From contig NC_043022.1 in NCBI RefSeq assembly GCF_006345805.1, forward strand, positions 17,794,001 to 17,858,000: a stretch of 64,000 nt of DNA, written 5' to 3'. The notes beneath the pieces were generated by a model. The model did not search any database, was not told the origin of the DNA, and saw only the letters and a list, made by a program, of their open reading frames with translations. Of this stretch, positions 36,520 to 49,519 are shown piece by piece. The position numbers and the translations under genes were made by a program. Each line of letters opens with the position of its first letter. Position 1 is the stretch's first letter. Source of the stretch: Octopus sinensis. Lineage: Eukaryota.

Positions 36520-36800
36520 TTTTTCAAAAAGTTAAGATTATAAAAAAAAAACATTTTAGAGAGTAGAATGGTACTGAAATTGCACAAATTGTGTGTAGGC
36601 TTTAAAAAATGTGCAAGAGCTTTCAGTTCTTAATGTTATTAAGCACGTTTTATGGCGAGTGTATAACACATGCTTGATAACATTGTGACTGCAAAGCATT
36701 TATTAAAGTCCACACACTTTGTGAAATTCCTTCCAAAAGGTTAGTACCATTCTATTCTCTAAAAAGCTTTTCTTTTTCTTAATCTTAACTATTTGAAAGA
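36520..36800. repeat. Old degenerate palindromic MITE
   Basis: aagttaagatt..ttttagagagtagaatggtact mirrored by agtaccattctattctctaaaa..aatcttaact; inner segments also complementary, centre near 36655. Confidence 0.7.
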
Positions 36801-37329
36801 AATCTTTCTCTCAATATATATATATATATATAAGTTTCTGAAAAGTAAGGAAGGGAAGTTGTACAATGCAGACTATGAATGCTTCATAGCTAAGTGATGC
36901 TTGTTACGTAAGTTGTAACATGCACAAAACCAACTTAGGCAAACTTCATGTCCTATGACCTCTACACTGTTTACATACATACATACATACATACACACAC
37001 ACACATAAATACATACATATATATATATATAGCCACAATGAGGATATTCAAACCTCTTATAGGGAAAAGCCTGATGATTGTCCTAACTCAATAAACAGAT
37101 AGATATGTCGTATAGAGCAGTAGTGCATCTGACAGGCTTCTACATAAGTCTGGACCTTTGAAATTCCACTCAAAAAGCTTTGGTCGACCCAAAGTTATGA
37201 CAAGAGACAACTGCACAAAGTATTGTTCATTTTGATTGAATTTGGGGCCATGTGAACTCCATGGCCATGCTGGAATTAATATTTCACAAAACCAAACAAA
37301 CATAAATAAAATGAAATCAGGCAACATAC

Positions 37330-37450
37330 AGTTCCGATTAACACCTTTCTTCTGTTTTTTGATGTCTGTTCCACAGAATTGGTACAAGGGTTCCAACCCA
37401 AAACACGATTTGTACCGTTCATTGTTTACACCGTAAAGATTGTCTTCATC
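37330..37450 (-). CDS. Ephexin: Ephexin exon with the autoinhibitory-helix motif (DEDNLYGVNNERYKSCFGLEPLYQFCGTDIKKQKKGVNRN)
   Basis: ttatttcag acceptor, T|gtatgt donor (weaker in-frame donor 15 nt earlier); EPLYQ family motif; phase 0 to 1. Confidence 0.8.
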
Positions 37451-39019
37451 CTGAAATAAATTAATCTGATGATAATTACTTCTAGAAGAACCCCCAACTT
37501 ATCTTTTTGCAGTTTGGTAAATTACTATTCAGCATAAATTATGATAATAATGATTTGTGTTCACTCTACAATGAAATACTCAACAGAGGAGGAGGAGGAG
37601 CCACCACCACCACCACTGCAATAAAAATATGAGGTAGTAACTAATGTTATGCTTGTTGTGTGCTGAACATTCCTCTCCTTCTCTGTCTCTCTCATATATA
37701 TATATATATGGAAATAAAAAACACCTTTTGAGTGTTGGACCTCACAGAGCCAATGTGGTCAATGCTGCTGTAGTGTAACTAACACCCATGCCAGTAGTAA
37801 GTAAAAAGCACTTTTCGAGTGTCGGGCTTCATGGAGGCAATGACAAATGACCAAGACCTTCGTCAATTTGCTCTGCTTGAGAAGGAAGACCCATCCAGCT
37901 GAGCAGAATCGCAGTCATGGCAGATATTGGTGTCATGCAACTGGCACCTGTGCTGGTGGCACATAACAGCACCCATTACACTCTTGGCGTGGTTGGCATT
38001 AGGAAGGGCATCCAGCTCTAGAAACCTTGCCAAATCAGACTGGAGTCTGGTGCAGGCCCTCAGTTTTCCATCCCTGGTCAAAACCTCCAACCCATGCCAG
38101 CATGGACAATGAATGCTAAATGATGATGATATAAACATGTTGATGCAAACAGAAAAAAATAGAACTCAAACTCTGAGTATCTGCATATTTTTATTAACAT
38201 TTAGCAGAAGTAAGAGAGTTCTTCAAAGTCTGAGAGTTTCATGAGTTGGCACTTTGATAAATAACAATGCACGAAACTCTTAGAGCAAGAGTCACTCAGG
38301 GATTTCTGTTAAATATTAATATGAGAAAGAAAGAGAGGAACATTCACACATTTATAAAACCATTTGGCTCTTGGGTTTACTTCCTGGGCCTTTTGGTTGC
38401 TGGATTTACTTGCTAATCCTTTCCCCCATCAATCCAAAATTCCAACACCCTTCTAAAAGTAATGCAAGTCAAGACAACTACAGGACTTTGGGATATTAGA
38501 GGAACCTATCCAGATATGCAGAAGAAGTTGAATTAACAGCTACGAGTGAAGTCAGACAACTGGAAATTAATTTTTTGATAATGTTTTTCTAAATATTGTA
38601 TTCCAAATTTTATGATACAGAAAACAATCTTCATTTGCATAATTTCTTAGAATATTTTCAAACCTTATTTTTGGCTCCTTTACACACTATGAACCTATCC
38701 TGAAATAACTTTTGACAAATTCAAAATATTTAGTTTCTGATAAACTGCTAGAATTAGTGAAAGCAGAGATTCTTTATGAAAACAATAAATCTGTAAAATA
38801 TAATTAAAGGCATTGACTGAATACAAAAAAATTTCCCTAATGCGGTTACCATCTACGAGACACTGTAACACACTATCTCTGGACTTCTCCATAAATCCAA
38901 AGACTGTGTGGCATTAGTTTACATTAATTTTGATAAAGTAGATTAGATGGCTTATTTGAATTGTTTCAGCTGAATGGTTTTCAATAACTAATCATTCAAC
39001 CATGGAGTAGAGAGTGAAA

Positions 39020-39112
39020 CAATCAGACTATGGTGCCCAACTGGAGCAGTCAGAATAAGGTGCCCAATCGGAGCAATCAGACTATGGTGCCCAACTGGAG
39101 CAGTCAGACTAC
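39020..39112. repeat. 27-bp minisatellite, ~3.5 copies with ABAB alternation
   Basis: caatcagactatggtgcccaactggag / cagtcagaataaggtgcccaatcggag / first unit repeated / partial. Confidence 0.9.
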
Positions 39113-39242
39113 AGTATCTGGCAGTGGTATGACCAATAATTCATCCATGAAACTTTATAACCATTGGAAGAAAGTAACATCACAACACATTTCACATGAA
39201 AAATAACTTTACAGAAATATTTAATATTAGCCATTTACTTAC

Positions 39243-39270
39243 GTAATCTAGTTTGTTTAAGTCAGGAAAA
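39243..39270 (-). CDS. Ephexin: Ephexin 28-nt microexon FPDLNKLDY
   Basis: ctcttgtttgtctctccacag acceptor, TAC|gtaagt donor; phase 2 to 0, exactly what is needed to restore frame. Confidence 0.65.
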
Positions 39271-39558
39271 CTGTGGAGAGACAAACAAGAGTCACAATTA
39301 ATAAACACAACAAATAGAAACAAATGGGTTCTAATCTTGCTCTCATCTTACTGGGTCTTCTGTCTCCCTCCTTAAAATAGATTCAAATATTTACTGAAAG
39401 TCTAATAAGATGTAATATCTTAGACTTGAGTGTCTAAAGAGGTAGGGACTGTAAAAGTAGGTCCATATTTTGAGATGGAAGACAGTTGAGTAGCCTCCAT
39501 GCACACACACACACATGCATGCTATCTCTCTCTTTCTCACACACACACACGCATGCTA

Positions 39559-39590
<32 letters not shown>

Positions 39591-39939
39591 ATGCATGCTA
39601 TCTCTCTCTCTCTCTCACACGCATGCACACACACATGCTGTCTATCTACCTGTTTCTCTCTTTCTCACTGTCAGACAAACACAGGCAATTCACAAGATTG
39701 AAATCCAAATCTCTCAGATTCTGCAAAACTGAAACATCTTCAGTCAGATAATTGTGTAAAAGACAAATAGATGTTGAAAATGGATGAAGAAACATATGTC
39801 GACTTTAATTATAGTTAGAATGGCTGGATTGAGGTTCTGGAAACATCTTTGTCTCTTTGACACAAAGGAAGTAACAACTCTACTGCTGGCTGCTGTAAAT
39901 ATGTTAACTTTTAACATAAAAGTAAAAAGCACCATCCGA

Positions 39940-40222
39940 ATCGTGGCCAAAGCCAGTGCCGCCTCGACTGGCTTCCGTGCAGGTGGCACGTAAAATGCCC
40001 CAATCCGATCGTGGCCATTGCCAGCCTCGCCTGGCACCAGTGCAGGTTGCACGTAAAAAGCACCCACTACACTCACGGAGTGGTTGGCGTTAGGAAGGGC
40101 ATCCAGCCGTAGAAACATTGCCAGATAAGACCGGAGCCTGGTGCAGCCTTCTGGTTTCCCAGATCCCCGGTCGAACCGTCCAACTCATGCTAGCATGGAG
40201 AACGGACGTTAAACGATGATGA
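39940..40222 (+). mobile_element. RTE-type 3' end / (GAT)n-tailed short retroposon (family C)
   Basis: ~60-bp ggcacgtaaaa subunits, ttaggaagggcatccagc, tail ggacgttaaacgatgatgat; copies 1503-1790(-), 30571-30720(+), 37740-38130(+), 45550-45740(-), 63035-63265(-). Confidence 0.85.
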
Positions 40223-41233
40223 TAAAAGTACATTAAAATTGGGGCATAATGTCAGCTGCTATTAAATATGTTTGGCAGACATAACTCCCTGAAACTTCCA
40301 AATTAACATCTTATGCTAATGAGATTTTAAGGAGTTTCTCTCATGAAAAAATAAAAGAATTATATGGGAATATGTGTCCCTGACAATGGTTTCTCAAAAC
40401 AAGAAACACAGAAGAGATTATCTCTCTTCAAATGGTCCACTCTCCTCTTAACTGGCAACTCTCAATAATTCCATCAATAATAAGGATGTTATTTCTAAAA
40501 ATATGTAAACAAGACACATGCAATTCAAAAAGATATTCTAGATTCTGTTTCCAGACAAAAATTTACAACATACTGTAGCAGTGACTTTAACCAATCAGAC
40601 ATGACGATCATTTCCTGTAATTGGTATATTAAGCAGCCAATCAGTGTTAGGCCATTGCAGGATTCAAACTTCTAGAATCTTCTCTTTGTTCTTCATAAAA
40701 AAATGTCCCTTTTAGCATTAACACTCTTTGCAAAGCGTTGAGAACTGCCAACTCATTCACATGTTTCACCTTTTGCCAGGCAAAATGTTGAGGCAGCCAC
40801 ATGTGTCTCCATTCTTGAAACAGTCATACAGTTAAAACAAATGGCAGAGTATACAGCAGGTCCTGTCGTCATGAATACAGCACAATTGTTCCCAGTTATG
40901 ATGGTCCAGCCACAGATTGCCGCATCAGTAAGTTTGCAGTACACTCCAAGCAGTTTTGCTCTTCTCTTATGTAATCATGGCTGTTGCTACTTGTAAAAGA
41001 CCAACACAAGTTAAACTCTATTTGCAATGATAAAATCTACGAAAAGCTTGGGAGTTTCGTTCAGTTTCAGCCCAAGAAATATATTTTCATTCATCAACTC
41101 AATTAGTCATCACTCAACAAACAAAACTCATGTGCGACAATACAAATGAAAATACAGCTTAAAAAGTAAACATTGGTCTTAAGAAGAAAAAAATCAAAAA
41201 TGAAAGACGAAATCAAATTGTGAAATGTCTCAC

Positions 41234-41330
41234 TTGTGTTCTGAGGAATTGGTCAGGAAATCCGGAGATGACATACAAACATAATCTTCAGACAACTGAT
41301 GGGAAAGTTTCCTGTTTTCAGTTTCTCCAC
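41234..41330 (-). CDS. Ephexin: Ephexin small exon GETENRKLSHQLSEDYVCMSSPDFLTNSSEH
   Basis: tttgttttttgtttaaag acceptor, AA|gtgaga donor; open in phase 1 to 2; contains a YxxM motif. Confidence 0.65.
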
Positions 41331-44300
41331 CTTTAAACAAAAAACAAATCTTATAAAATAAAACCCTTACTTACCCCAGTGCCACAGACGGGGGGGTGGG
41401 GGATCTATTGAATGGTTTCTTGCAGTGATATAAAGCCTAACATTTTGAAAAGGTGCAGTCCCCCATTATATGACTGGTACCTATTCATTTATGTCATATT
41501 ACAATATAATCAGTAAGGTAGTGAACCTGGCAGAACTGTTTGTATGCTGGACAAAAGGCTCAACGGATCTTCATGTTCTGAGTTCAAATTCCACCGAGGT
41601 TGACTTTGCCCTTTATCCTTTTGGGAGTCGATAACCCTTCCCCTGAAATTGCTGGTCTTGTGCCAAAATTTGAAAGCTTTAATTAAATAATTAGATGAAA
41701 ATTAGTCTTTTCTTAAACAAGCACAAAGCTGGATATTTGTAGTGTCAAGTGAATTGGTCCCAGGATATAACTGGTATTTATATTGCCAATGAAAGGCGAA
41801 ATTAATTTCTGGAAGATTTTGAATGCTGAAAGTTTCAGGATGAAACCAAATTCTGGAAGGCATCTAGTTTGGTGCTGCATCACTTCCAGAGTTGAAGCGG
41901 TGGTCGTGGTGGTGGGTGGTGGGGTGTGGGCAACCATCCGTTGGGTGGACAAGACTGAGTTGCTCAAAACCTCTGACATTTTTTTGATAAAAACCAACAA
42001 TAAAACCATTCCTTGTCCATACTAGATCTTATGAACACAAGCATGACTTTGCAACCAACCATACAGATGCAGTGTTCAATCTCACCATGTGGCTCCTGAG
42101 GCAAACATCTTCCACAACAGTTCTGGCTGAACCAATACCTTCTTGTTGGTTGTTTCGTAGATAAAAATTGTGCACAAGTCCATTGTGTGTGTGCATATAC
42201 ACGTGTCATCACAAATTGTTGATGTAAAATATTAAATATTTTATAGAATTAGGTGGATTCACTAAAGGATCATGCATTCTACTTTGATAGATGGGCCACA
42301 CGGTGAGAGGGAGGGGGAGAGGAAGGAATGAGGGACAAAAAAAGGGACTGAATAAAGTAGGGGGGGAACCAAATAACAGTGATGAGTATTGTATAAAGGA
42401 AGGGAGCATCGCTATGGTGTGTGTATACACACACACATAAACGCCCCCACCCCACAAATACAGTCATAAATTATTAAAGGGTGACACTAACGAACCAGGT
42501 GACTAGAATTAGACTAAGTAGTGTCTCTATGGTTAGTACTAAACTAAACAATCATAAACAGTTGTAACTAAGCTACCAAAGGAGACCCAATGTGGTTAGG
42601 CAACCTGATAGAAATGGCACTTAAATCTTCCTTAAATAACATTGGATGATATACTCCTAGGTAGACAGTGTCTAAGTAAAACAGATATGGGCATGATTGG
42701 ACTATATTTGCTTATGTGGACTAAACGACTACATCTACCTGTAATGAAGTCACTGTATAAGTCTCGAGTCACACTGTCCCAGGCCCCAGGGTTGGTGTTG
42801 CTGGATCCAATGTTGCATGGGGAGATGCACAATTTTCTGGGAAAATATTTTGGAATTTGTTCCTGGATGATACAGACTTGTCTGAACTCTTTGGCATTCA
42901 GATTACTCTGTCAAATGTGAAGGAGCATGGCTTGGTGGTTAGCATAGTCAGCTCAAGATTGTAAGGTTGTGGGTTCAATACCTGGCAGCATGTTGTGTTC
43001 TTGAAAAAAAATTTTATTTCACTTTGCTCTCGTTCACTCATCTAGCAAGAATTAAGGGTACTTGTATTTCAAAAGGGCCAACCTTGCCACATACTAGGTC
43101 ATGCTGAACCTCCTTGAGAGCTATGTTAAGGGTACAGGAGTCTGTGGAGTTCTCAGCCACTTGCATGTTAATTTCCTGAGCAGACTTTTCCATTGATCGG
43201 ATCAACTGGAACCCTCAGATCATTGGAACCAACACATTGCCAGTTTTGATGACGATGACAAGGATATCTCATAGTTTTCAGCTTTCAATGATGTTATTGC
43301 CTATTTTTAGAATGATATTATGAGAGGCCGGATCTGGCCAGTTTGAACAGAAAACATTTTGAATATTTGGGCCAGAAGGGGTCAGTTTAAATGCCACAGA
43401 GTGATCTTACTGTGACAAATATTCCATTTATTGCAAAATTATGCGAATTTGTTGTTTTTAAATTCCAGACCAATGTCTTCTACAATCATGGCACAGAAAT
43501 TTGAGAAGAGAAACAATAAACAGTCTACTTTTTCAGGAAATGTCTCAGAACTGAAATATCTCAAATGATTGGAAACCAGCAGCAGAAGTCCCTGGATACT
43601 TTTCCCCTTTCACAGACAACAGAATCCCATTTAAGGAGTTTGAGTCAGAAAAGGAAATGCCTGATCTAACATTGCTCCCTACAACATTGTTGTGGGTCAT
43701 ATCTCATTAGAGATTGGTGGTTCTCATCCTTTTTAATACCTGGGGTCAGATCTGAAACCTGGATTTTTTTAGGAGCCCACACCAATAAAAGTAAAAAACA
43801 AGTCAATTAAGGAAAAAATTATGTTTATAGAGAGAAGATTGTTGGGGTCGCTTAAGGGCTGCATGCAACCCTTGGAGTCACAGTTGAGAGCTGTTATTCT
43901 GAAGACTTGTAACAACAACAATCTAGGTTACATACTTAATGCATAACAGACTCCTGTCCCCACCCAAACCTTTGGCTAAAGTTTTAGACAACCCAAAATA
44001 TTCTCAGAAATGTTTAAACAATATTCTGACTGAACTAGCTTTCATACAAGGTACATGAATTATAACAAATGTTATGTACACCATCATTAATTGCTTTAAT
44101 TAAATGGTTGTTTCTGACTAATGAATCCCTTATTAGAAATGAGTGGGGATATGTGTGTGTGTGGTGGGGGAGAGTGTACATTATTGTTGCTTTGTCCCTT
44201 GGCTTTCCACCCACGACCATCCTGTTCATACTCTATCCAATGTCCTTGGCTGCTTCTAAGAGATTTGACTCCATTTCTAGCAGGCTGAATGACCACATAA

Positions 44301-44743
44301 AGGTCTTCTCAATGGATCGTGTGTTGTTGTTGTTGTTGTTGGAGAGACTTAGGTGTTTAGGTGAGATTTGCATTCACAGGCTGGGTGGGTTCATTTGATG
44401 AAAGGGGTGTTGGGTTGATCCAGTGACATGATTCAAAATACCAGCTAACACAGGTGGGGAGAGAGAAAGAACAAAAACAAACATAAAACTTGAAAATACA
44501 ACAACAAAAAAGAGAACTATAAGAATGTCTAACAACTTTCTAGAAGGAAGTAGTGGACTACGTATAGGAGTGTACAATTGAATGCAGGGTACTACGTGGA
44601 ATGTAACCCCACAGCTTACAAGGGTACTTACTGTGTGAAGAATTGGATCTAGAAGAGAGATTTGAAACAGTTAAAGGTCAAAAATAAAGAAAAGAAATAT
44701 TTCAGTGTGTGTATGTGGACAGAGAGAGAGAGTGTGTATGTCA

Positions 44744-44775
<32 letters not shown>

Positions 44776-45305
44776 TGTATGTATGTATTTACCCCTTTTG
44801 ACCCCAACCCAGCTGGAACTGCCCCTGATTCTATGATACAAACAGCCTGCTTTAAACCGGTCAAGATGAAAATCTTCCACCAAAATGCCGGGTCGATTCT
44901 GGGCAACTCAGATTGTCTCCCCTTCTCTTTTAACCCAGTTTAACTAAATCAAATACTTATCCTTATTCGTGTTTTCTTTTTGCCACCAGCGATGTTTCTT
45001 CTCCTCCTGTTAGGTTATCTCCCTTTCCCCCATCCCCACTGCACGGCCAGTTTCTTTCTCTTCTGGTCATTTCAGAATATTGTGACCATCTAATTAAGAC
45101 ACATTTGTCCATTTCTCCTTATTCTTCTCTCTGCCCATCAATCCTTTCCATAGAAAAGAGGAGGATTCAAATATTAAAGACTTTTCCTAATTTTTCTGAG
45201 CATCAACCAAAGACATCCTGTTTGCGTTTTTTCATCTTGTCTCCATATTTTTTAAAACTTTTGTACTTTGTGTGTTTGTATCTATGTATGTATGCAAATG
45301 TACAT

Positions 45306-45351
<46 letters not shown>

Positions 45352-45392
45352 ACATAAAATTGTTAGGATAAAATAACAAAAGACTTACTAAC

Positions 45393-45454
45393 CAGGTTTA
45401 GTTTTGGAACCCGGTAAACTGTCGTTACTGGAAGAATCCTGCGAACTGGAGTTT
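45393..45454 (-). CDS. Ephexin: Ephexin small exon NSSSQDSSSNDSLPGSKTKP
   Basis: Strong acceptor tttttgtctgtattttctctttgaacag, donor G|gttagt; phase 2 to 1 fits both neighbours. Confidence 0.65.
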
Positions 45455-46493
45455 CTGTTCAAAGAGAAAATACAGACAAAAAGATGTTTTAAAGCAAATA
45501 AATATGAGTGTGTGTGTGCAGAGAAACATACCCCATGAGACACGCATTATCATCATCATCATCATCATCATTTAGTGTCTGCTTTCCATGCTGGCATGGG
45601 TTAGATGGTTGGACCGGAACTGGTAAGCTGGAGTGCTGTGTTAAGCTCCAGTCATCTGTTTTGGCTTGGTCGCCATGGCCGGATGCCCTTCCTAACACCA
45701 ACCACTCCAAGACTGCAGTGGGTGTCTTTAACATGTCACCGTTAGGGGCACTGTTAGGCGGCACTGTCGAGGGTACCTGCGTCTCCGGCACCGGCCATAA
45801 CCGCGATTTCACTTGTGGCCATGCTGGAACACCACCTTGAAGAATGTTAGTAGAATGAATCAACCCTGACATATGCGTTTTTAAAACTTCATATTTTATC
45901 GATCTCTTTCACTGAACTGCAAAGTTACGGAGGTTTAAACACAGCAACACCAGTTATCAAAAGGTGGTGAGGGTCAAACACAGGCACAAAGAAATACGTA
46001 CATACATATATATATATATATATGTATATAGTTATATTAGAAGACATCTGGCCATGATGCCATGTGGTGGGATTGAACCAAGAACCATGTGGTTGGGAAG
46101 CAAGCTTCTTACCACACAGTCACACCTGACAATATTTTTTCATTTTGGTCAATCCCTTGCTACTCTCAGTTTCCCCTGGGGATGCACAGGATCTTGGCCT
46201 GGTGACCCCGTGAGACATCATATTTGCAGGTTTGTGTTGTTGTTGTGAATGCAGTGCTTCTTTCTGGGCATCCAAATGAAACCCTTTATTGAGCATCTGA
46301 AATAAACCCGACATACAGACGAGCCCTTTACAATCAAAACAGATGCCTCACATTTTCACAGCTCTGATATGTTCTTTTGGCTGCAGTGACAATAATGAAC
46401 ATCACCACTTCGCTGTTTTCCTCATCATTTAACAGCCTCCTACCAGGTTGAATGTTTTGTGACAACATTATTGTTGTGTCCACCATGATTTAA

Positions 46494-46705
46494 CCCTCAG
46501 CATTTAAACCCGCTAGGTCCAGTTTAAATATTCTACCCATTTTATGTTCCAACTGGCCAGATCCAGCTTCTCACACCTACCCTACAATGTCATTCTAAAA
46601 ATAATCACATCATCAAACTGTTTGCAACTATGAGATGATTCATGATTAAACCAAAGTGAATAAATACGCATTACATTTGAACAGAGTAATGTGAATGCTA
46701 AACAA
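46494..46705. mobile_element. piggyBac-like MITE, same family as 26693
   Basis: TTAA|CCCTCAGCATTTAAAC ... gaatgctaaacaa|TTAA; shared core cacacctaccctacaatgtca. Confidence 0.65.
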
Positions 46706-47115
46706 TTAACTAATTAATCACTCCCTGCCTGATTGGCACTTCATTCTGTCTTTAGTCATCTCTCATAAGAAGAAGGAGACATTCTTCTCTTGTGGCAACT
46801 CGACACTTCTAGAATTCTTCTTATTAAAAAATGCAGTTCAAAGTGTTCTCGATGCCAATTCATCTGCAAAGTCCATTCCTTGTCAGGTGAAGAATTTCAC
46901 AGATCACAGCACACACTTTTGCAGTGGAACCATTAACCACTGTTGTGGAACACTGTCCAGACTTGGGACCATCTTCAGCCCCAACGTACTTGCATCTGAG
47001 CGATGCAAACATGGAAAAGTGTCAAAGTGATGACGATGACACCCTCACATACGTATATGTGAATAAGCAGATACAAACATAGACACACACACTCTTTACA
47101 ATTTTTGAAACTCAC

Positions 47116-47464
47116 CTGTTATTTTTAGGCGATGGGATAGGAAGTGGAACGACAGTCTTCAAACTGAGGCTCTCTTCTTGTTTCCTGGGGGGTAACGGAG
47201 GGGCTTCTGGTATTTTGTCTCTTGGCGGAATCGGTGGAGGCGTTTCACTGACATCTCGTTTTTTCATGGCTGAATCTGGTGGGAAATCAATATAATTTAC
47301 TTGGTTAATTTCCCGCAAGGAGTGAGTTGATTGCCTCTTTATTGCATTCTTTCTTCTAAGCACGGAGTCCTCGCTGAACAACTGAGAGGAATTACTGTAG
47401 TTACCGGAATCTTGTAGTGACATCCAACTTAAATGTTTTGCCTTAGTGCATTGTGGGAAGGAAT
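47116..47464 (-). CDS. Ephexin: Ephexin N-terminal exon with proline-rich SH3-ligand motifs (TPPPIPPRDK, APPLPPRK)
   Basis: Open 349-nt frame inside ORF 47112..47495; cctag acceptor; AG|gtgagt donor; phase 1 to 2. Confidence 0.85.
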
Positions 47465-48314
47465 CTAGGTTTGAACATTTCGCAAAACGAAACAAAAAAA
47501 AAAGGAAAAAAATAACATAATAATAATAATAATAATAACAATAATAATAATAATAATAACAACAAATGAACTTCCAAATGTATTTAATTTTATTGTAAAG
47601 TTTATAACCTTTCTAAAAACTTATCTTTTTTCACTAAAATAGATGGAGGGGGAAAATGGGGTTAATTTAAAATAAGATCCTTGATAATGGTGGGGGAAGT
47701 GGAGAGAAGGCTGTCTCAAGAATCAAAGCATGGAAGAGCTAGGAGAGTGGGAGAGAGAGAGAGAGAAGCATAGGTAACACTATCTACAACATGCAAATAA
47801 ATTTCCAATGATGTTTGAAGAATTCCATTTCAAAAACAACAACAACAGAAGTTATTTAATAAATTAATGAAATATCGAAATGGATGGTTTTCGTTATTGA
47901 GAAATGACTGACAAAGAATTACTGGAACCAGAAGAGTTTGTTGATGGATAATATAATGTCTAATGGTTGGGGTGATGGCTTTGTGGCTGAATATACTAGG
48001 TGGACTTGCCTCTTGTAGAGGACAGACAAAAGGTGTTCAGCAATTTGTTGCTGAACAACCTGTACAGGTGATTCTGTTTATAGATTGTGATCAAAGGATG
48101 TTTGTGTTGCCCCCCCCCACCTCCATCAAGTCATCTTGTCTCAGCAGATCACTTCAACATTTCACCTGTGACACATTGTCCCATCTCAGATGAAGACATT
48201 GCAGAGCAATACAAGATGAAAATGCACTGCCAGGTCTGGGAATTGAAACCACAATCTCATGAATGCGAGTGCCACACCCTAAACAATGCCATTTCACTAA
48301 ATATCATTTTTTCC

Positions 48315-48660
48315 TCTTTCACTTGTTTCAGTTATTAGACTGTTGCCTTGCTGGGGGGGCAACCGCCTTGAGGAATTTTAGTCGAATACCTTGACCCCAG
48401 AACTTGTTACGCTTTTGAAAAGCCTGGAACTTATTCTATCATTCTCTTTTGTTGAACTGTTAAGTTATGAAGGCTGTAATCACACCAATACCAGTTGTCA
48501 AGTGGCAGTGAAGGACAAACATATGCAGCAGGCTTCTTTCAGTTTCCGTCAACCAAATTCACTCAAGGCTTTGGTCAACCCAAGGCTATAGCAGAAGGCA
48601 CTTGGCCAAGGTAACAAGCAGTGGGACTGAACTCAGAACTGCGTGGTTGGGAAGCAAACT
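48315..48660 (-). mobile_element. SINE family A, older copy, head-to-head with 48749
   Basis: Reverse complement of family A head, core and tail. Confidence 0.82.
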
Positions 48661-48748
48661 CAACATTTTATTCCAGTATGTAGCTTGATTATATTTCCAA
48701 GTCTCTCAGTACTTTAACAGCAATTATACATTTAACTAAATGAATTTT

Positions 48749-49113
48749 GTGGTAAGTAGACTGCTTACCAACCACATGGTTCCAGGTTCAGTCCTACTGC
48801 GTGGCACCTTGGGCAAGTGCCTTCTACTATAGCCTCAGGCCGACCAAAGCCTTGTGAGTGGACTTGGTAGACGGAAACTGGAAGAAGCCTGTCGTATATA
48901 TATATGTGTGTGTGTGTTTATGTGTTTGTCCCCCCAACATCGCTTGACAACCGATGCTGGTATGTTTACATCTCTGTAACTTAGCAGTTCGGCTAAAGAG
49001 ACCGATAGAATAAGTACTACGCTTACAAAGAATAAGTCCTGGGGTCAATTTGCCTGACTAAAGGCGGTGCTCCAGCATGACCACAGTCAAATGACTGAAA
49101 CAAGTAAAAGAGT
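48749..49113 (+). mobile_element. tRNA-derived SINE family A (CORE-like ggcaccttgggcaagt), full length
   Basis: tRNA-like head gtggtaag..ggttcagtcc; tail gactgaaacaagtaaaagag; other copies ~909-1105(-), 20748-21092(+), 22795-23230(+), 45810-46125(-), 61620-62215(+). Confidence 0.88.
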
Positions 49114-49467
49114 ATTTTAATTGCAATCAAATATCACTGTTCAATTACTTTAAACCTGATTTCTCCACTTCTAATGAATTCTCTGGGACAAACTTTGTAC
49201 AGAAAGAAATATTTTCATCATAATTACAGCAATTGGAGTTTTTTTTTTTCTGTCTGTTTTAAGTAACTTTAAGTACGTCCATGATTAGAGTTGTGGAGTA
49301 AGTGTTATCTTTGTAATGGAGGAAGTGTTATCTTTTGTAATGGAGGAATGTAATATCAATTAATTAACTAATTAATCCATAAGTGATCCCTCACAGTATT
49401 CTACCAGGTAACCTCATGCTTGTAGTTACCAAAATAATGACCACAAGCAATGTGAGCCCTACCTATG

Positions 49468-49519
<52 letters not shown>

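Noticed and set aside
39020-39112. CRISPR-like short direct repeats
   Set aside because: Contiguous tandem units with no unique spacers, eukaryotic context, no cas genes.
43705-43895. hAT/Charlie-like MITE ends (gtggttctca...ttgagagc); similar at ~50850-51160
   Set aside because: TIRs too degraded and no TSD identifiable, so not listed as a feature.
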